Assembly: GCA_016196885.1 (NCBI GenBank)
Contig: JACPWU010000021.1
Span: forward strand, 3,618-67,617
Direction of reading: 5' to 3'
DNA length: 64,000 bases
DNA from: Chlamydiota bacterium
Lineage (GTDB): Bacteria; Auribacterota; JACPWU01
The notes under the pieces were generated by a model. That model ran no database searches and was not told the DNA's origin. It was given only the letters and a program-made list of their open reading frames with translations. Of the stretch, positions 61,904-64,000 are shown piece by piece (within the stretch, counting starts at the first letter, position 1; each line of letters begins with the position of its first letter). The translations under genes and the position numbers were made by a program.

Positions 61904-62251
61904 TTAAGTGACCCGCATGGACGCTAATTTTCCCATTTCATCTAAAATCACTTCGTATTTCCAAACCTTCTGATCTGTCTTTGCCAAAAACACCCACCAC
62001 CTGGCCTTTTGAAAAAGATGTTTTTGTTGCCTAAAAGATTCGCGCATCCAGCGCTTGATTTGATGACGCTGGACGGCAGAACCGATTCTCTTCGCAACCA
62101 CAAAGCCCCCCTTCAAATCGCCGACGGGGGACTCTCTAACGTAGGCTACCAGGGAGGAAGTGACATGCTTTTTCCCCTTTTCAAGAACCCAGCGAATGTC
62201 CTGGGAGGCTGTCAAACGTTCACTTTTGGGAAAGGACAAGTCCAAAGGCAT
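61904..62251 (-). CDS. rnpA: RNase P protein component
   Basis: RNR-like motif VAKRIGSAVQRHQIKRWMRESFR; trimmed to MPLDLSFPKSERL. Confidence 0.75.
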   Translation of the reverse strand: MPLDLSFPKSERLTASQDIRWVLEKGKKHVTSSLVAYVRESPVGDLKGGFVVAKRIGSAVQRHQIKRWMRESFRQQKHLFQKARWWVFLAKTDQKVWKYEVILDEMGKLASMRVT

Positions 62252-62262
62252 GGAAGTCTGGG

Positions 62263-62400
62263 TCAAGAAACGACGAGACGACGGCGCCCTTTCCTTCTGC
62301 GGCTTTTCAAAACCGCACGCCCCCCGTGCGTCGAAGATCTCTTGCGAAATCCATGGGTGCGGCGCCTTCTCAAACGAGATGGACGAAAAGTTCTTTTCAC
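62263..62400 (-). CDS. rpmH: 50S ribosomal protein L34 (GTG start); not in the ORF track
   Basis: Translation [45 protein letters not shown] aligns with E. coli L34 [44 protein letters not shown]; stop abuts rnpA start. Confidence 0.75.
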   Translation of the reverse strand: MKRTFRPSRLRRRRTHGFRKRSSTHGGRAVLKSRRRKGRRRLVVS

Positions 62401-62592
62401 GTGAAAACCCTCTTTTCAAAAATAAACCTCCCCTGACCCTCTTTGAAAAAAGGGGCAAGGGGGAATTTTTATTCTATTTTGTTCCGGTTTAACGACATTT
62501 TATAATAACACCGCTTTTAAATTTAAGGGCACCATTCTATAGAGGGAAGCGCTCGGTGTCAAGAGCCGTCATTAGATCGGGATAAACAGCCT

Positions 62593-63849
62593 TTAGGCAA
62601 GTCCTTGCATTAGCTTAATGAGAGGCAGGAACATGGCAATGACAATGAATCCAACAATAAAGGCCAGGCAGATGATGAGCAAAGGCTCCAAAATAGAGGT
62701 GAGCCCCTGGACGGTGACGTCCACTTCTTCGTCATAGGTGTCTGCAATTTTGACCAGCATTTCTGCCAAGTTTCCAGTTTGTTCTCCGACATCAATCATG
62801 CCGATCACCATGGGCGGAAACACCTCACTCTGCTTCAAGGGATCGACAATGGATTCTCCTTCACGAATGCTGTCATGCACAGAGGTGACGGCCCTGGATA
62901 CGACTTCATTGCCAATGGTGTCGCGGACAATCATGAGTGCCTTCAAGATGGGAACACCACTCGTCATCAATGTGCCCAGCGTTCTTGAAAAACGGGCGAT
63001 GGAGATTTTTCGAATGATGTCGCCAAAAATCGGCATTTTTAATTTGAGTTGATCCAACTTTAATTTGCCCTTGGGCCTGCGGTTGGTGATTCTTAACGCT
63101 GTGATGAGAAGGGATACAATCAACACAAAAACATACCATCTTCTTTTTGAAAAGTCGCTGATGTTGATCATGACGGTGGTTAAGGTCGGTAAATCAATGT
63201 CCAATTCCAGAAAAATATCTGCAAATTTTGGGATGATAACCGTGATTAAAAAAGTGACAATGCCAAACGCAAAAACCATCACCAAAATCGGATAGATCAT
63301 GGCTGATTTAATGCGGGACTTGAGGCGTTGACTCTTTTCCATGAACTCGGCCAGGCGGTTCAGCACCTCATCTAAAACGCCTCCCGCCTCACCGGCCCGA
63401 ACCATGCTAACGTAAAGTTTGGTGAAAATCTTTGGGAATCTCTCCAAGGCCTCTGAGAAAGTGCTGCCGCTTTCCACAGCATTGGCCAAGGTAAGAACCG
63501 TTTCCTTCAAGGCCTTGTTTTTTTCCTGCTCTTTCAAGAGATGAAGACATTTTAAAATGGGGAGTCCCGCATCAATTAAAACAGCGAGCTGGCGGGTGAA
63601 AACCGTGAGCGCCTTTAGGCTCAGGGTCCCTCGAAAGAATTTTTTTAAAAAGGTGAAGGATTCTCTCCTTTCCCCAGGGATCGGTATGCGTCCTGATTCA
63701 AGAGACTGGCCCCCCGAAGCCTCTGTCACATTGAGTGGGAAAAGGCCGCGGCCGCGAAGAATATTGATGGCACTGATGGTGTTATCAGCACCCACCGATC
63801 CCTTGACCTGCTTGCCTTGCGCATCGGTAGCGATGTAATCGAATTTCAT
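62593..63849 (-). CDS. gspF: Type II secretion / type IV pilus platform protein GspF/PilC
   Basis: Two T2SSF repeats and three TM segments; trimmed to MKFDYIATDAQGKQ. Confidence 0.8.
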   Translation of the reverse strand: MKFDYIATDAQGKQVKGSVGADNTISAINILRGRGLFPLNVTEASGGQSLESGRIPIPGERRESFTFLKKFFRGTLSLKALTVFTRQLAVLIDAGLPILKCLHLLKEQEKNKALKETVLTLANAVESGSTFSEALERFPKIFTKLYVSMVRAGEAGGVLDEVLNRLAEFMEKSQRLKSRIKSAMIYPILVMVFAFGIVTFLITVIIPKFADIFLELDIDLPTLTTVMINISDFSKRRWYVFVLIVSLLITALRITNRRPKGKLKLDQLKLKMPIFGDIIRKISIARFSRTLGTLMTSGVPILKALMIVRDTIGNEVVSRAVTSVHDSIREGESIVDPLKQSEVFPPMVIGMIDVGEQTGNLAEMLVKIADTYDEEVDVTVQGLTSILEPLLIICLAFIVGFIVIAMFLPLIKLMQGLA

Positions 63850-63900
63850 GAAGACCCTTTCAAAATCCAAAATTTTCTCACGCAATGATCTTGGGAACAT

Positions 63901-63952
63901 TTTAGATTTTGATCTGTCATTTTGATTTTTGCATTTTGATTTTTGATTTTAC
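63901..63952. promoter_or_regulatory. Second array of five AATCAAAA-like units immediately upstream of gspF
   Basis: Minus strand reads gtaaaatcaaaaatcaaaatgcaaaaatcaaaatgacagatcaaaatctaaaATG. Confidence 0.4.
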
Positions 63953-64000
63953 TACGTCTCCTTCACCACTTCTTCAAAGGTTGTCAGCCCATCATAAAGC
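63953..64000 (-). CDS. 3' end of GspE/PilB-family secretion ATPase (partial)
   Basis: C-terminal peptide ...LYDGLTTFEEVVKET* matches the conserved GspE C-terminus; only 16 codons are in the window. Confidence 0.35.

Overview
This 64 kb window is a gene-dense chromosomal region of a Gram-negative-type bacterium. The type is inferred from a Raetz-pathway lipid A cluster (msbA, lpxB, lpxI, lpxA, fabZ, lpxC, lpxD) with skp and bamA, and a sigma-54 regulator. GC is roughly 45-50 percent and the phylum is not assignable from sequence alone.

Gene order, mostly on the minus strand:
- [DUF374 partial]-msbA-lpxB-oxidoreductase-lpxI-lpxA-fabZ-lpxC-lpxD-skp-bamA
- dnaB-rplI-rpsR-ssb-rpsF-pth-rplY-prs-glmU | tRNA-Gln(+)
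- spoVG-ispE-[28-aa basic ORF]-hisG-nth-like-purN | ntrC-like(+)-glnD(+)-methyltransferase(+)
- rluB-like-tsaC-sufT-sufU-sufS-sufD-sufC-sufB-Rrf2(iscR-like)-desaturase
- Zn-ribbon protein(+)-[c-di-GMP-I riboswitch candidate]-I9 inhibitor-like(+)-2368-aa tandem double subtilisin(+)
- rsmI-M48 peptidase-parB-parA-secreted duplicated protein-AAA ATPase-mnmG-[AbiEii + HTH]-mnmE-[PIN + Phd]-yidC-yidD-rnpA-rpmH-gspF-[gspE 3' end]

Three things stand out.
1. A likely c-di-GMP-I (GEMM) riboswitch, with a near-consensus sigma-70 promoter upstream and an intrinsic terminator downstream, sits immediately 5' of a standalone propeptide/I9-inhibitor gene and a 7.1 kb gene for a secreted protein containing two complete I9-S8 subtilisin units.
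2. Intergenic space is saturated with at least a dozen small repeat families. They include MITE-like elements with 8-bp target-site duplications, a structured element family showing compensatory base changes, composite inverted repeats bracketing about 23 kb, and elements inserted into gene ends that extend ORFs.
3. The conserved origin-proximal backbone rpmH-rnpA-yidD-yidC-mnmE-mnmG-parAB is interrupted by two toxin-antitoxin / abortive-infection-like modules and an AAA ATPase plus a hypothetical secreted-protein gene flanked by CACGTG-centred palindromes.

Two small genes missing from the ORF track were found by eye: rpmH with a GTG start, and a 28-aa bS22-like basic protein. Coordinates of features outside the ORF track were read by eye and may be off by a few bases.
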